This document shows positions 49,901-58,292 of a stretch of DNA of 64,000 nucleotides, piece by piece. The position numbers and the translations under genes were made by a program. The stretch comes from Planctomycetota bacterium (GTDB taxonomy: Bacteria; Planctomycetota; MHYJ01; WSZJ01). Where the stretch lies: NCBI GenBank assembly GCA_038060895.1, contig JBBTCT010000007.1, forward strand, positions 132,023 to 196,022, in the 5' to 3' direction. How positions within the stretch are numbered: the first letter of the stretch is position 1; each line of letters opens with the position of its first letter. The notes below the pieces were generated by a model. It did no database searches. It saw nothing but the letters and a program-made list of their open reading frames with translations, and was not told the origin of the DNA.

Positions 49901-52795
49901 GAGCGCGAGCGAAACGCGGTCGCGGTCGAGCGAGTTTTCCGGGAAGAGCGCTTCGGCTTCCTCGAGGTCGAGCACCGACTGCGACCGGCCGAGCCGGAAC
50001 ATGAGGCGGGCGCGGGCTTCCAGCGCGGCGGCCCGCGCTCCCGCGTCCGGCGCTTCCGCAATCGCGATCGTGGCCACCGCGGTCTCCTGGGCTTCCTTGA
50101 CGTCCCCCGTGACCCCTTCAGGAGGATCCCACAATCCCGAAGGCGGCGCGCGCCGGTCCGAGCCTTCGGCGCGCCGGATCAGCAGCTCCGCGGGCGTCGA
50201 GCCGATGGCGAGTTCCGAGACCGTCGCATACGCCTCCCATGCGCGGTGCGCCTCGATCCGCACGAGCGCTGGCCCCGACGAAACGAGCACGATTCCGGTC
50301 ACCGCCGGCCCCGGCGAGTACGACTCAACCGGCGGCCCCGCCGCCGAATCCCGATCGCCCGTCTCGCCTTCCGCCTTCGAAATCCAGAGCAGCCGCCGCC
50401 CGGGAAGCTCCTCGGGCCCGACGTACACCGTAAACGGCGCATCCACGTCCGCGGTCGCGCGGTCGCCGCGCGAAGCGACGCCGAAGCGGTACCGGATGAT
50501 CCCGGCGCGCTGAAAGTTTTCGCCGCGAAAGGTCACGGCCGGCGTGCTTCCGGGGGGGGCCATGAGCGGAAACAGGTCACTCACGACGCCCCATCGCTCG
50601 GTCACGTCACCAGTCCGTTTGACCGCATCGGGCACGTCCTCGAAGCGCGCGTCCATCCGGCGTTCCCGCGAGGCCGCGCCGAACACGACGTTGTTGCCGC
50701 GCCACAGAAACACGCGCCAGGGATGTTCCACGGGCCGCGCAGCCAGCGCTTCGCCGGGGATCGCGTCGGCGAGCGCGAGCAGACCGAGGTTGTGGGCGTC
50801 GCGGAAACGGATTCTGCCGAAGCCTCGCGCGGGATCGGCGGCCCGTCCGACCTCCAGAGTGACGGGCGACAGCCAGTCTGCGGCGGGCAGGATCTGGAGA
50901 AACCCTTCGCCGGTCGCGACCGCCTGGAAGTCCTCGGCGCGCGCCACGTACCAGGGCCCGGATCCCGACGCCGACCGCGCGTTGAGCCAGGCCGACAAGG
51001 CGTCGCCTCGAAGCGCTCTCTCTCCGTACTGTGCGACGAGCGGCAGGATCCACCGCCGCCCGCCGACGGTCGCGCCGATCGTGCCGAGCTCGGCCCATGT
51101 GCCGAAGACCTCCCGGATCGACCGCGCTTCGACGTCGCGCAGAAACCTCCGCAGCACGCGCGGCTCCGCGGACGTCGGCCACGCGCGCATCCGCTCCAGC
51201 GGCCGCCGCCCGATGCACCACGCCGCGAGCGCATCGACGAAATCCTCCGGCTCTGCCGGCGGGTCGTCGAAGATCCACTGCGCCACGATCGCCGCCATGC
51301 CGTCTCGCCGCGTGTCGAGCGCGTACCTGAGAAGCGTGAGCCGCGCTTCGGCAACGAGGTCGCCGTGCAGCTCCGTCAGCAGGCGCACGAGACGCGGCGC
51401 CGCATCGTCGGCCGCGGAAGCGTCGCCGGTGAGGAGCGCAATGTGCAACTGCCGCCACAGAAACCACCCGTGCCATTCTTCGACCTCTTCGCACCCGCGC
51501 AACGCGGAGAGCGCTTCACTCCACTCCCCCCGCAGTTCGTGCGCGACGGCGGCCGCAGCCGCGGCGCGAGCACCGGTCCCCGCATCTGATTGGGGAAGCG
51601 ATTTGAACGGCGACCGGTGCTCCGCCTGGTCGATCGACTTCAGCTCCTGGATCATCGTGTACACCGGCCGAAGCGACCGCATGCGCACTTTCCACGTCCC
51701 GGGCGGCACGTTCACGCGCAGCTCGCGCGGCGACGAGACGAGCCAGCGCTCCGGCGGCTTCCCGCTCGCCAGAAAGTCCTCCCCGTCCCAGATGCGCGAC
51801 GTCTGCTCGACGTCCGCCCCAGGCCAGCCGCGCAGCCGCCACGTCGCTTCCCCGACCGACACCGTGACATCCAGGCTCCCGAGATCCTCCGCCGCCTTGA
51901 CGGCGACCGTGGACCGCGCGATCACGCGCAGCACGCACGGACCGTCCACCTCGCCATCTCGCAATTCCCCGCGCAGCCAGGGGCGGCCGAGCGAATCCTT
52001 GAAGCGAGGCTGCTCTCCCTCGTCCCACTCCGAAGTCAGCGCATGCCCAGAGATCGGCGCTCGCGACTGAAGATCAGAAGCGCACCAGCCGACGCTTCGC
52101 AGTTGCCGTTCCCGTGAGGAATCCTCCGCCGGCTCCCAGGGCAGCAGCATCCGCTGCGCGCGCAGAAAGCGTCCGACGTCGCGGCCGGGAAGCGTCGCGG
52201 GGTCCACCGGCGCGGGCCACGTGTCCCCCGCCTCGTCGGCCTGCCGGACCGCCCGCTCGAGACGTTCCCACGACTCGTCCTGCGTCACGCGCTCGTACCC
52301 GTCCAGCGAGAACCGGTAGATCGCGACGCTTTTCGCGACGCACCGCACCCCGATCCAGTCCGCATCCTGCCCCGGCGCCAGCTCGGCGCGCGCTTCGCCC
52401 GCGCGTTCGCGCCACGGCAGCCGTTCCGCGAGCAGCGAAGCGCGCGGAGGCGGCATGCCGACATGATCCGGCCGCGGCCCCACGTCGAGCGACCCGCGCG
52501 TGACGGCATACATCTCAAGCGCCGATCCCGGTGGCTGCTGGTTTTCCGCAGGCACGACCCGGAAACTCTCGAACAGCCGCGCTTCCGCAAACCACCACTC
52601 CCCCGGCGTCAGCTCGACGATCCCGTCGTCGGCGTCTCTTCCGCGAAGTGGTTCCGTCCGTGCGTCCGGCGCCGGGCGCCACACCCACCCATCCACCAGC
52701 CGCTGCCAGCGCTCCGAATGCCCATCCGGCGCCGGAGGCGGATCGGCGGCGGCCAACGCGGCAAGCGCCGCAAGCGCCGTGACGGTCTTCCACAT
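46895..52795 (-). CDS. Giant secreted protein (1966 aa) with TPR-like helices and a probable C-terminal outer-membrane beta-barrel
   Basis: Signal peptide MWKTVTALAALAALAAA-D; last ~300 aa are amphipathic aromatic-rich strands (IRSGVRVHWK, YRIDLDYAG, YSWESDIRLRWR, YTYGVTAGAHY, AHFTLIFRFG). Confidence 0.7.
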   Translation of the reverse strand: MWKTVTALAALAALAAADPPPAPDGHSERWQRLVDGWVWRPAPDARTEPLRGRDADDGIVELTPGEWWFAEARLFESFRVVPAENQQPPGSALEMYAVTRGSLDVGPRPDHVGMPPPRASLLAERLPWRERAGEARAELAPGQDADWIGVRCVAKSVAIYRFSLDGYERVTQDESWERLERAVRQADEAGDTWPAPVDPATLPGRDVGRFLRAQRMLLPWEPAEDSSRERQLRSVGWCASDLQSRAPISGHALTSEWDEGEQPRFKDSLGRPWLRGELRDGEVDGPCVLRVIARSTVAVKAAEDLGSLDVTVSVGEATWRLRGWPGADVEQTSRIWDGEDFLASGKPPERWLVSSPRELRVNVPPGTWKVRMRSLRPVYTMIQELKSIDQAEHRSPFKSLPQSDAGTGARAAAAAAVAHELRGEWSEALSALRGCEEVEEWHGWFLWRQLHIALLTGDASAADDAAPRLVRLLTELHGDLVAEARLTLLRYALDTRRDGMAAIVAQWIFDDPPAEPEDFVDALAAWCIGRRPLERMRAWPTSAEPRVLRRFLRDVEARSIREVFGTWAELGTIGATVGGRRWILPLVAQYGERALRGDALSAWLNARSASGSGPWYVARAEDFQAVATGEGFLQILPAADWLSPVTLEVGRAADPARGFGRIRFRDAHNLGLLALADAIPGEALAARPVEHPWRVFLWRGNNVVFGAASRERRMDARFEDVPDAVKRTGDVTERWGVVSDLFPLMAPPGSTPAVTFRGENFQRAGIIRYRFGVASRGDRATADVDAPFTVYVGPEELPGRRLLWISKAEGETGDRDSAAGPPVESYSPGPAVTGIVLVSSGPALVRIEAHRAWEAYATVSELAIGSTPAELLIRRAEGSDRRAPPSGLWDPPEGVTGDVKEAQETAVATIAIAEAPDAGARAAALEARARLMFRLGRSQSVLDLEEAEALFPENSLDRDRVSLALAVVAFRAGDDLELRARVETIIRAGGRSRELFLLASVASLGTDDLAAARAWFRQARLEPEDASTDLERLVAVAIDEPAPAGEPADPLMAVMTDLLRLRRLDPATEVGPALARIAERCESEAILSASRYLFGRGARFADWALEARLVIPYAGTADWPPPRGVLAPLERARDLRSDEVLATPPVVRISGRYGAWEATWMTEGAELSLALPGPEVYEFNWRSAHAVEGGIARRDAPPARIVVEGLPGIPTHDVLASLPAANVTCERLPWAAPGKVDAWRVIAPAGQSRVKIRLVSGAGFLSVRRLAGPVWMAWDARAGARPAGVPFPPPLDFPAFAPDPKSPLVADLKRRLDAARKAGASPRFGRAEYTEALTALGDDLLFAVLTRVPGSEPEWVVRALDLYLKSHADGLGNPHWQSNHDLARILTRWTGVDLSADLPEFRRVRISQDLPDDPAIAVSNALFFPFPGETATVLFDNEDFVEWHHRSDAEASLHVELVAACDVAGAAIAYQLERDGAVVSAGPLESGKRLTLPAGSTKESLVSIRVAADRPLARVRARARLLVETPDGLKPVRPERNGLLYRAPAGKRSFEVRGPTLARMETWDATDLAATDDPGQWTAEPATIQRTLLQGVPRAGAAFADFELEREAFVRLSVRSVDGAALARMVPLQPPQGEIAGEAEAPPAPDVLPAPAPGRRESWRLVEYPGMVETYVEGFLRNAGSLAYNEDSERNEIRSGVRVHWKAFETPIYTRLTAYALKESGFSPVHGAQIRFHHYFLDVPDLDYRIDLDYAGQNLGGYYGYSWESDIRLRWRLQLHEQWIFFAAGHFNYWWSSLKDSGIVRRPEHPLVYTSYRTDHDRWLQFEGRLRAIPWQNVYVDMQAATRSEPTLKPWEPDRYTYGVTAGAHYENFFVELELDRVIRIDDAFRSRRASERGIGITTAYERWLGPGTWMSAQAGFRWSPDTHGREAHFTLIFRFGGRSGDRLDHVDPESVRFGDYQQARSPWRP

Positions 52796-52998
52796 TCCGC
52801 GTGAGACAGGACCGCGCTTTCGCGGAGCCCCCGCGCGGTTTTCTACTCCGGTTGCGATGACGAGATTCTAGCAGCAGGTTCATCAAGCGGGAGGCGCGTA
52901 TCCGCGAGCAACGACTCTCTTGAGGCGGGGCACGTCCTGGGCCCTGACCAAGCACTCTCCCCCCGCTTTTTCCAGACCGCGGCTGGGTGAAGAATTTG

Positions 52999-53442
52999 TC
53001 ATTTGGGTAGACGTTCGTATTGTCCCCTTCGTGACTGCGGTAGATCGCTATAGTGAAGGTCTCTTCCGAAACCCTTTCCTCCTAGCTGCCCATCCGATCC
53101 AGTAGAGAACAAGTCGAATGTTTCCGAACGCTCGTCAAGCCGATAGGAATAGGCCCGGTTCCAGCCATCGACTGGAATATTCAAAATGTAGCCCCCTTCC
53201 AGCCAGTTGGATGCGTCAGCAGGCGCTGTGTTGAGTTCATTGAGTTCGCGCGGAAACCGACCGCAATCAGCTTTGAATTCTAGTATTGCGTCGCCAAGTA
53301 CTGCCAGGCGAAGAAGCGTGGATTCGGCTCGAACTGCCTCCCTAGTGCTTCGATTCCAAGAGACCAGAAGGAAACCCGAGAGAGAGAGCAAGAGAGCCGT
53401 ACCCGCCGCCAGCAGCAGCATTGAAATGCGTTGAAGCTTCAC
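52999..53442 (-). CDS. GspG-like (T2SS pseudopilin domain) protein without a clear prepilin site; start uncertain
   Basis: TM, then FKADCGRFP..LNEL, W..GYI..IPVDGWNRAYSY, FDLFSTGSDGQLGG; no GFTLIE; visibly lower GC. Confidence 0.7.
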   Translation of the reverse strand: MKLQRISMLLLAAGTALLLSLSGFLLVSWNRSTREAVRAESTLLRLAVLGDAILEFKADCGRFPRELNELNTAPADASNWLEGGYILNIPVDGWNRAYSYRLDERSETFDLFSTGSDGQLGGKGFGRDLHYSDLPQSRRGQYERLPK

Positions 53443-53720
53443 GCGGATCCTTTCAATTGCCTTGCGCTTGGAAAATCTGCACTCGCGCTTCAACGCCCGC
53501 TCATTCCTGGCGCTTCAAAGGGTCTCGAATGAAGCAGGACCCAACTTGACCGAAATCACGTGTTCGCCTTGGACAAGTTCAACTCTGACGGAAAAGATTA
53601 GAAGGCTTCGCCGCGCGCCGACGGCGCTTTGTTCACGACCATCGTCGTTTTGTCTTCGTCAAGGCCTCGAAGTTCATTTTACCCGCGGAACGTCGTGCTT
53701 GCCCAACTCTTCACCAGTGA

Positions 53721-54599
53721 TCAAGCTCTGCAACCGCAGCAGATGTCAAAGGTTATGGTGTATTTCGACCATGCCGGAGGTCGCCCCGGAGACCCGATTC
53801 CAGGAGCGGTGACTTTTGGAGCAAGGCCTCCCACCGTTTCGGCGGGCACCGCGGGAGCAATCTCGCGAGCGTCTACCAAACTGACTCGAGTCGGCACGCA
53901 ATTCCCTCGCTGGCACGGCGGCAAAGCTGAGCAAATCCCCTTCGCTCTTTCCTTGGCCCAAGCCTCCAGCAGGGCCATGACGACTGGAATGACCTTTGAC
54001 TGCTCGGCCGCGTCCAGCGGTGTCGTTCCGAATTCGATTCCTATTTCAATGACGGGTTCAGGCAAGGTCGCCGGGAGCGGCCAAGGCCAGCCGGTGGGTT
54101 TGTTGATGTGCGCAATTTTGCGCGTCAATTTAGCAGTCTCGCAATGCGACATCGATGGGAAAAACGCGTTCGTTGTCCTTCTCATTCGAGCGCAGACATT
54201 GCAGTTCGTTCCCAAGGGCCACGAAACAATGACGCCCGGAATGCCAGGGAACCCAGGAGGATTTGTCGTGGGTGACAGGTCGGATGGATCGATCCAGTCC
54301 AAGGGCAGAGCCGGACCGATTGGAGGCGCTTCTGGTGGCGGCGGCCATGGACCGGACGGAGGATTCCACAGCCTTCCTCCTGACGGCGGCGGGTCTCTCC
54401 AATCCGGCGGAACCGGCCCGAACGGATCTTCCGGAAATGGCTTGATGGCATCGTCGGGAAGCAAGACCTCGGCCGCAATTTCCGTCCGCGCGATCGCTGA
54501 TTGTGAGCCCAGTTGATCAAGTGTGACTGGGCGCGCGAGCATTGCCCTAGCGATGAGCGACTGCTCTACATCCTGGAAAAGACTACTTTGCGAAGACAT
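53721..54599 (-). CDS. Hypothetical Pro-rich, Cys-rich protein
   Basis: AGGAG RBS; Pro/Trp-rich linker; CNVC, C-x5-C-x4-C and terminal CCGC. Confidence 0.6.
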   Translation of the reverse strand: MSSQSSLFQDVEQSLIARAMLARPVTLDQLGSQSAIARTEIAAEVLLPDDAIKPFPEDPFGPVPPDWRDPPPSGGRLWNPPSGPWPPPPEAPPIGPALPLDWIDPSDLSPTTNPPGFPGIPGVIVSWPLGTNCNVCARMRRTTNAFFPSMSHCETAKLTRKIAHINKPTGWPWPLPATLPEPVIEIGIEFGTTPLDAAEQSKVIPVVMALLEAWAKERAKGICSALPPCQRGNCVPTRVSLVDAREIAPAVPAETVGGLAPKVTAPGIGSPGRPPAWSKYTITFDICCGCRA

Positions 54600-54640
54600 T
54601 TTAAGCTCCTGTGTTTCGATTCAGGGACTGCCACGAAAGG

Positions 54641-55324
54641 CTATTTGCAAGAACGCATCCTCACGCACCAGTCGAGCACCGTGTTCCACAAGCTGGCGAA
54701 CCTGGCCGCCTGAACTTCAGGCGACCGAAGGCCCTCTTCGATCGGGACGTTTCCGTCAACCTGCGGTCCTCCTACTCCTGTGGCTGCGACAAAGTCGGAA
54801 GTGGCCTTGTAGTGGTCGAGCCTGTTCGCCACGCGCCATTCTCGGTTCAGGTAGAGGAAGGCCTCGCTCGGCAGGAACCTCCGATGCGTCGGATCCTGAA
54901 ACGCCCAGTTCGACCTCAGCGCCGGGACAATGACGGTCACGAGCCCGCCCGGCTTGAGGATGCGCCAGCACTCGTCGAAGAACGCGAAGAAGAGGTCGCG
55001 GTCGCCGGTGGAGGCGGGGACGTCGCGGTAGTCCCCCTCGGGCGAGACGTAGACCATCGGGATGTGCTCGACGAAGTGCGAGCAGTGCAGTTCGTCAATG
55101 GAGCTGTCGGCCCAAGGCCAGGGGAACTTCATCAAGTTCACCCTGTGCTTCGCGTCCGCAAACATGTCCACGCCCTCGAAGCCCTCGCGGCAGGATTGAC
55201 CGCAGGCGAGATCGAGTTTGAGTTCGCGGGCGGGAGAGAGGACGACTTCCGGCGAGGAGGAGTCCGGTCCTTGGGCGGCCGATGGGTGCGTTTCATGGAG
55301 TGAGACGAGGGCATTTTCGCTCAT
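54641..55324 (-). CDS. SAM-dependent methyltransferase-like protein (Methyltransf_11-like type common in phages)
   Basis: AAGGAG RBS; LKLDLACG, PWPWADSSIDELHCSHFVEHIP, ECWRILKPGG, AFQDPTH. Confidence 0.8.
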   Translation of the reverse strand: MSENALVSLHETHPSAAQGPDSSSPEVVLSPARELKLDLACGQSCREGFEGVDMFADAKHRVNLMKFPWPWADSSIDELHCSHFVEHIPMVYVSPEGDYRDVPASTGDRDLFFAFFDECWRILKPGGLVTVIVPALRSNWAFQDPTHRRFLPSEAFLYLNREWRVANRLDHYKATSDFVAATGVGGPQVDGNVPIEEGLRSPEVQAARFASLWNTVLDWCVRMRSCK

Positions 55325-55338
55325 GGCAAGGCGCTCCT

Positions 55339-55755
55339 TTATCCGCAGAAGAAACGGGCAACGAGGGAGAAGATGGCCGGGTTGCCGCCCGACTCGACGG
55401 CCACGAAACGGACCTGGGCGAAGCTGTTCCCCGTGATGGCGGCGGAAGCGCTGTACCCGACCGCGGTGATCTGCAGCGCCGACCCTGCGTTTGACCAGTT
55501 GAGGCCGTTGTTGCTGACCTGGGCCTGGACGGCGGTCTGGAGCGAAGCGCCGAAGATCACGATGGCGACGAAGTCGAAGGCGTTCGCACCGTGGGTCGGA
55601 ATGGGAGGCGAAACCACGGTCCCGCTTGCCGCCAGGGCGAGCGGGTCCCAGACGGGTTCCGTGAACTGCGCGCCGCTGCCGCAGGGGGTCGCGGCGGAGG
55701 CGGATTCCGCCGCTGGGGCGGGCGAGCCTTCGCAAGAGCAACCGTTTCCGCTCAT
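55339..55755 (-). CDS. Small beta-rich virion-like protein, paralog D (Cys-rich N-terminus)
   Basis: SPPI..GANAF, QVSNNGLNWS, VGYS, FAQVRF; ATGA-coupled. Confidence 0.75.
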   Translation of the reverse strand: MSGNGCSCEGSPAPAAESASAATPCGSGAQFTEPVWDPLALAASGTVVSPPIPTHGANAFDFVAIVIFGASLQTAVQAQVSNNGLNWSNAGSALQITAVGYSASAAITGNSFAQVRFVAVESGGNPAIFSLVARFFCG

Positions 55756-56102
55756 GACTTGCCTTCCTTTCTCTCGCTTGAGGAATTGCCGGCGGGGTCC
55801 GCGGCTTCGATCAGGAGCAGTTCGGCGATGACGAGGCGCGCCTTCTCCAGCCAGAGGCGGGCGCGCAGCAAGGGATACCGCGTCGCGACTTCGCCGGACG
55901 AGCAGTATCCGGGACAGGTGCCTTGCCACGACGCGATCTCGGACCAGTCCGAGCCATCGCCGGAGCCTTGGAGAGCCACATGGAGCGTCCCGCGGGCGAG
56001 GTTCAGGATGATCATCTCCACGCGTACGGGGCCATCGCCCTTGCGGCGGATCGGCCTGGAGAAGCAGTCTCCGTCCTTGAACGCGAATCTGTGCCGCTGC
56101 AT
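55752..56102 (-). CDS. Small beta-rich virion-like protein, paralog C
   Basis: FSRPI..GDGPVRVE..LNL, LQGSGDGSDWS, PGYC, YPLLR; TGATG-coupled. Confidence 0.7.
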   Translation of the reverse strand: MQRHRFAFKDGDCFSRPIRRKGDGPVRVEMIILNLARGTLHVALQGSGDGSDWSEIASWQGTCPGYCSSGEVATRYPLLRARLWLEKARLVIAELLLIEAADPAGNSSSERKEGKS

Positions 56103-56233
56103 CAGTACACGATTCCTGTTCCCGGGTCGATGTGCCCGACCTTCACGCGGAAATCGACGGCGAGGCGCTTTCCCGGCTCGCGGGCCTCCTCGCAAAAGTA
56201 GCGGTCGATACCTGCGGGGTGACGCATCGTCAT
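56102..56233 (-). CDS. 43-aa hypothetical protein
   Basis: Coupled on both sides (ATGA at 56230-56233, TGATG at 56100-56104). Confidence 0.5.
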   Translation of the reverse strand: MTMRHPAGIDRYFCEEAREPGKRLAVDFRVKVGHIDPGTGIVY

Positions 56234-56532
56234 ACGCTCAGCCTCAGAAATTCGCGCTCTTCGGCGACGGTGCTCTTGCCTGCGCGGATCTTTGCGCGCA
56301 GCTCTTCGGTGCGCGAAATCTCGAGCGCCGCTGCGGGCTCCGGCGCCGAGAGCTTGCGGCCGTCCTTCGACATCCGGCACCCGAAGCCGCCGTCTTTCCT
56401 GGCGACGACGGCGAAGCAGTCCGGGTGGCGCTTCTCCACGGCCGCGAGGCAGTCTTCGGGGGACAACGCGTCCGAGTAGGCGGCTACGCACAGGCCGTCG
56501 GAAAGCCGGCAGATGAGCTTGGTTGTGATCAT
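56230..56532 (-). CDS. 100-aa protein following the fibre-like gene (possible fibre-assembly chaperone)
   Basis: MITTKLICRLSDG...; ATGA-coupled; beta N-terminus and helical C-terminus; position typical of Tfa-like genes (inference). Confidence 0.55.
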   Translation of the reverse strand: MITTKLICRLSDGLCVAAYSDALSPEDCLAAVEKRHPDCFAVVARKDGGFGCRMSKDGRKLSAPEPAAALEISRTEELRAKIRAGKSTVAEEREFLRLSV

Positions 56533-57194
56533 GCGATCTTGCCCGGGGTTCCCCCGGATCCTTTCCGGATCGTGAGGGCGGATCCGCTGGAGGACGACTG
56601 GGCGAACTGGAGCTGCATGTTTCCCGCGTTGCTCGAGTTGAGGACCCAGAGCAGGACGTGCACCAGGCCGGGGTCGTCTCCCCCGAAGTTCGTGTCCCAG
56701 TCGAGCGCGCCGCCGCTGGACGTCGTGCGCCGGACGTTCGAGGACAGGCCGACCGAGCGGGACTCTGCGATCGCCAGGAGGTTCATCGTCGCGCCGCTGG
56801 GGACCGTGACCGCGATCTTGATTCCCGTACTCTTGAGCGCCGCCCCGATGTCGAGGTCGAACATCCAGAGCCACTCCTCGTTGGCCGCGATCGACTTCAC
56901 CATGTCCGTCACGTTGGTCAGCGTCGTGCTCGAAGTGATGCTCTGGTCCGCCGTCATCCGCACGGGGACCGGCGCGGACCCTGCCGTCCCGCCGACGATG
57001 CTGCTCCCGCTCCGCTTCAGGAATTCGCCATCCGCGACCGCCCCCATCGCCAGCGTCGTCGGACCGCCCGTCTCCCGAAGACGCTTCACGATCGCTTCGA
57101 GGATGTCCGTCGAGAGAAAGGCGTCCGAGCCGCCGGAGACGTGGGTGCTCTCGTGGGGGAGGACGCCCTGAGATTGGTCTCGAAGCGTCGGCAT
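56529..57194 (-). CDS. Phage tail-fibre / minor-tail-like protein (221 aa)
   Basis: HESTHVSGGSD, GAVADGEFLKRSGSSIVG, TADQSITSSTTLTNV, AGNMQLQFAQ...LTIRKGS; GGAGGAAGG RBS; TAATG-coupled. Confidence 0.65.
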   Translation of the reverse strand: MPTLRDQSQGVLPHESTHVSGGSDAFLSTDILEAIVKRLRETGGPTTLAMGAVADGEFLKRSGSSIVGGTAGSAPVPVRMTADQSITSSTTLTNVTDMVKSIAANEEWLWMFDLDIGAALKSTGIKIAVTVPSGATMNLLAIAESRSVGLSSNVRRTTSSGGALDWDTNFGGDDPGLVHVLLWVLNSSNAGNMQLQFAQSSSSGSALTIRKGSGGTPGKIA

Positions 57195-57763
57195 TAGCCT
57201 TCCTCCAGGACGTCGAGGCCGCCGATGGTCCACGTCGGCGCGGTGGTCGCGGCCCAGGTGTAGATGAGAATCGAGCCGGTCTGTCCGATGGCGACGCCAT
57301 CGTGAAGGTCGGGATTCAGGACGAGGCCGGAGTAGACGGGCTGCTTCCACTGATAGAGGTAACGGACGGTCGAAGGCGAGCTCGCGACCAGGTTGTACCG
57401 GAAACTGAATCCTGCGGCGTAGTCGCTGTCGGCCATGGTCGCCTGCGGCGTGATCTCCGTGCCGCCCGAGGAGTAGCGGTTCGCGGGGTCGATCGCGAGG
57501 AGGATGTTGATGACGCCGCCCGCGGGCGTCCCGTCCTGGCAGAGCGTGAAGTTCGAGAGGATCACGCGGCGGCCGTTGGAGTTCGCCTGATTGATGAGGA
57601 AGGTGGGAGTCGTCGCGACGAATGACGTCTGACCCGTGATCGTCGTCCCCGGCGTCTGGTGCGAGATCGCGAAGCGCCGGCCGCCGAGGCACGAGGAATA
57701 CGCATTCGCGCGGTCCTGGTAGCGGACGGGGTCGAACAGGTAAGTCAGCGGAATGTCGGCCAT
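57194..57763 (-). CDS. Beta-rich T/S/G-rich virion-like protein (189 aa)
   Basis: GAGG RBS; all-beta composition; no signal peptide. Confidence 0.65.
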   Translation of the reverse strand: MADIPLTYLFDPVRYQDRANAYSSCLGGRRFAISHQTPGTTITGQTSFVATTPTFLINQANSNGRRVILSNFTLCQDGTPAGGVINILLAIDPANRYSSGGTEITPQATMADSDYAAGFSFRYNLVASSPSTVRYLYQWKQPVYSGLVLNPDLHDGVAIGQTGSILIYTWAATTAPTWTIGGLDVLEEG

Positions 57764-57901
57764 GGATGCCTCGATGAATTTTGAGAATCGACGGCGCTCT
57801 CCGGGACGCCGCAAACAAAACATCGGCGATCGGGAGAGGGCCGCCCCTGCGGACCCTTCTCGTCTTGCCCGTCGTGGCCTCTCCCCGCATGCCTGGCTCC
57901 G

Positions 57902-57929
57902 CCCTGAGCAAGCGAAGCGAGTCGAAGGG
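57902..57929. repeat. 28-bp REP-like repeat, copy 2
   Basis: ccctgagcaagcgaagcgagtcgaaggg. Confidence 0.85.
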
Positions 57930-57940
57930 ATTTGCGCGGT

Positions 57941-58273
57941 TTACTGGTGTGAAATATTACAACCAGCGTAGATGATTATCGTCCCGGAGCCTGCGCTCAC
58001 GCTGTAGCGGTACCGGATCAGCGCGAAGCCGACGCCGGTCGATTTCGTCGGGGCGCTGTAGCCGAGAACGAGGCCGGAATTTGCAGTGACGACGGACCAG
58101 TTGGCGCCGTCATTACTTCCTTGCACTTCAATTGTATAACTTGTCGCGCCGCCCAGGTTGAAGCAGACAGCATCGACCTGGACTGCATTTCCGCCACCCA
58201 TGTTCAGGGCTTGGGAAAAATTGTCCGTTCCGTTCGTGACCGCCAAACGCGCGGCCATCACCGTGTAGCCCAT
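57941..58273 (-). CDS. Small beta-rich virion-like protein, paralog B
   Basis: GGAGA RBS; FSQAL..GGNAVQVD...NL, VQGSNDGANWS, LGYS, FALIRY. Confidence 0.8.
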   Translation of the reverse strand: MGYTVMAARLAVTNGTDNFSQALNMGGGNAVQVDAVCFNLGGATSYTIEVQGSNDGANWSVVTANSGLVLGYSAPTKSTGVGFALIRYRYSVSAGSGTIIIYAGCNISHQ

Positions 58274-58292
58274 GATTTTCTCCGAATGAGTG

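Noticed and set aside
52999-53493. Type II secretion system locus
   Set aside because: Only one GspG-like domain, lacking the prepilin cleavage motif; no gspD/E/F
53629-54516. Plus-strand 295-aa ORF
   Set aside because: Antisense to 53721-54599, which has an AGGAG RBS and matches the orientation of the whole cluster; not fully excluded
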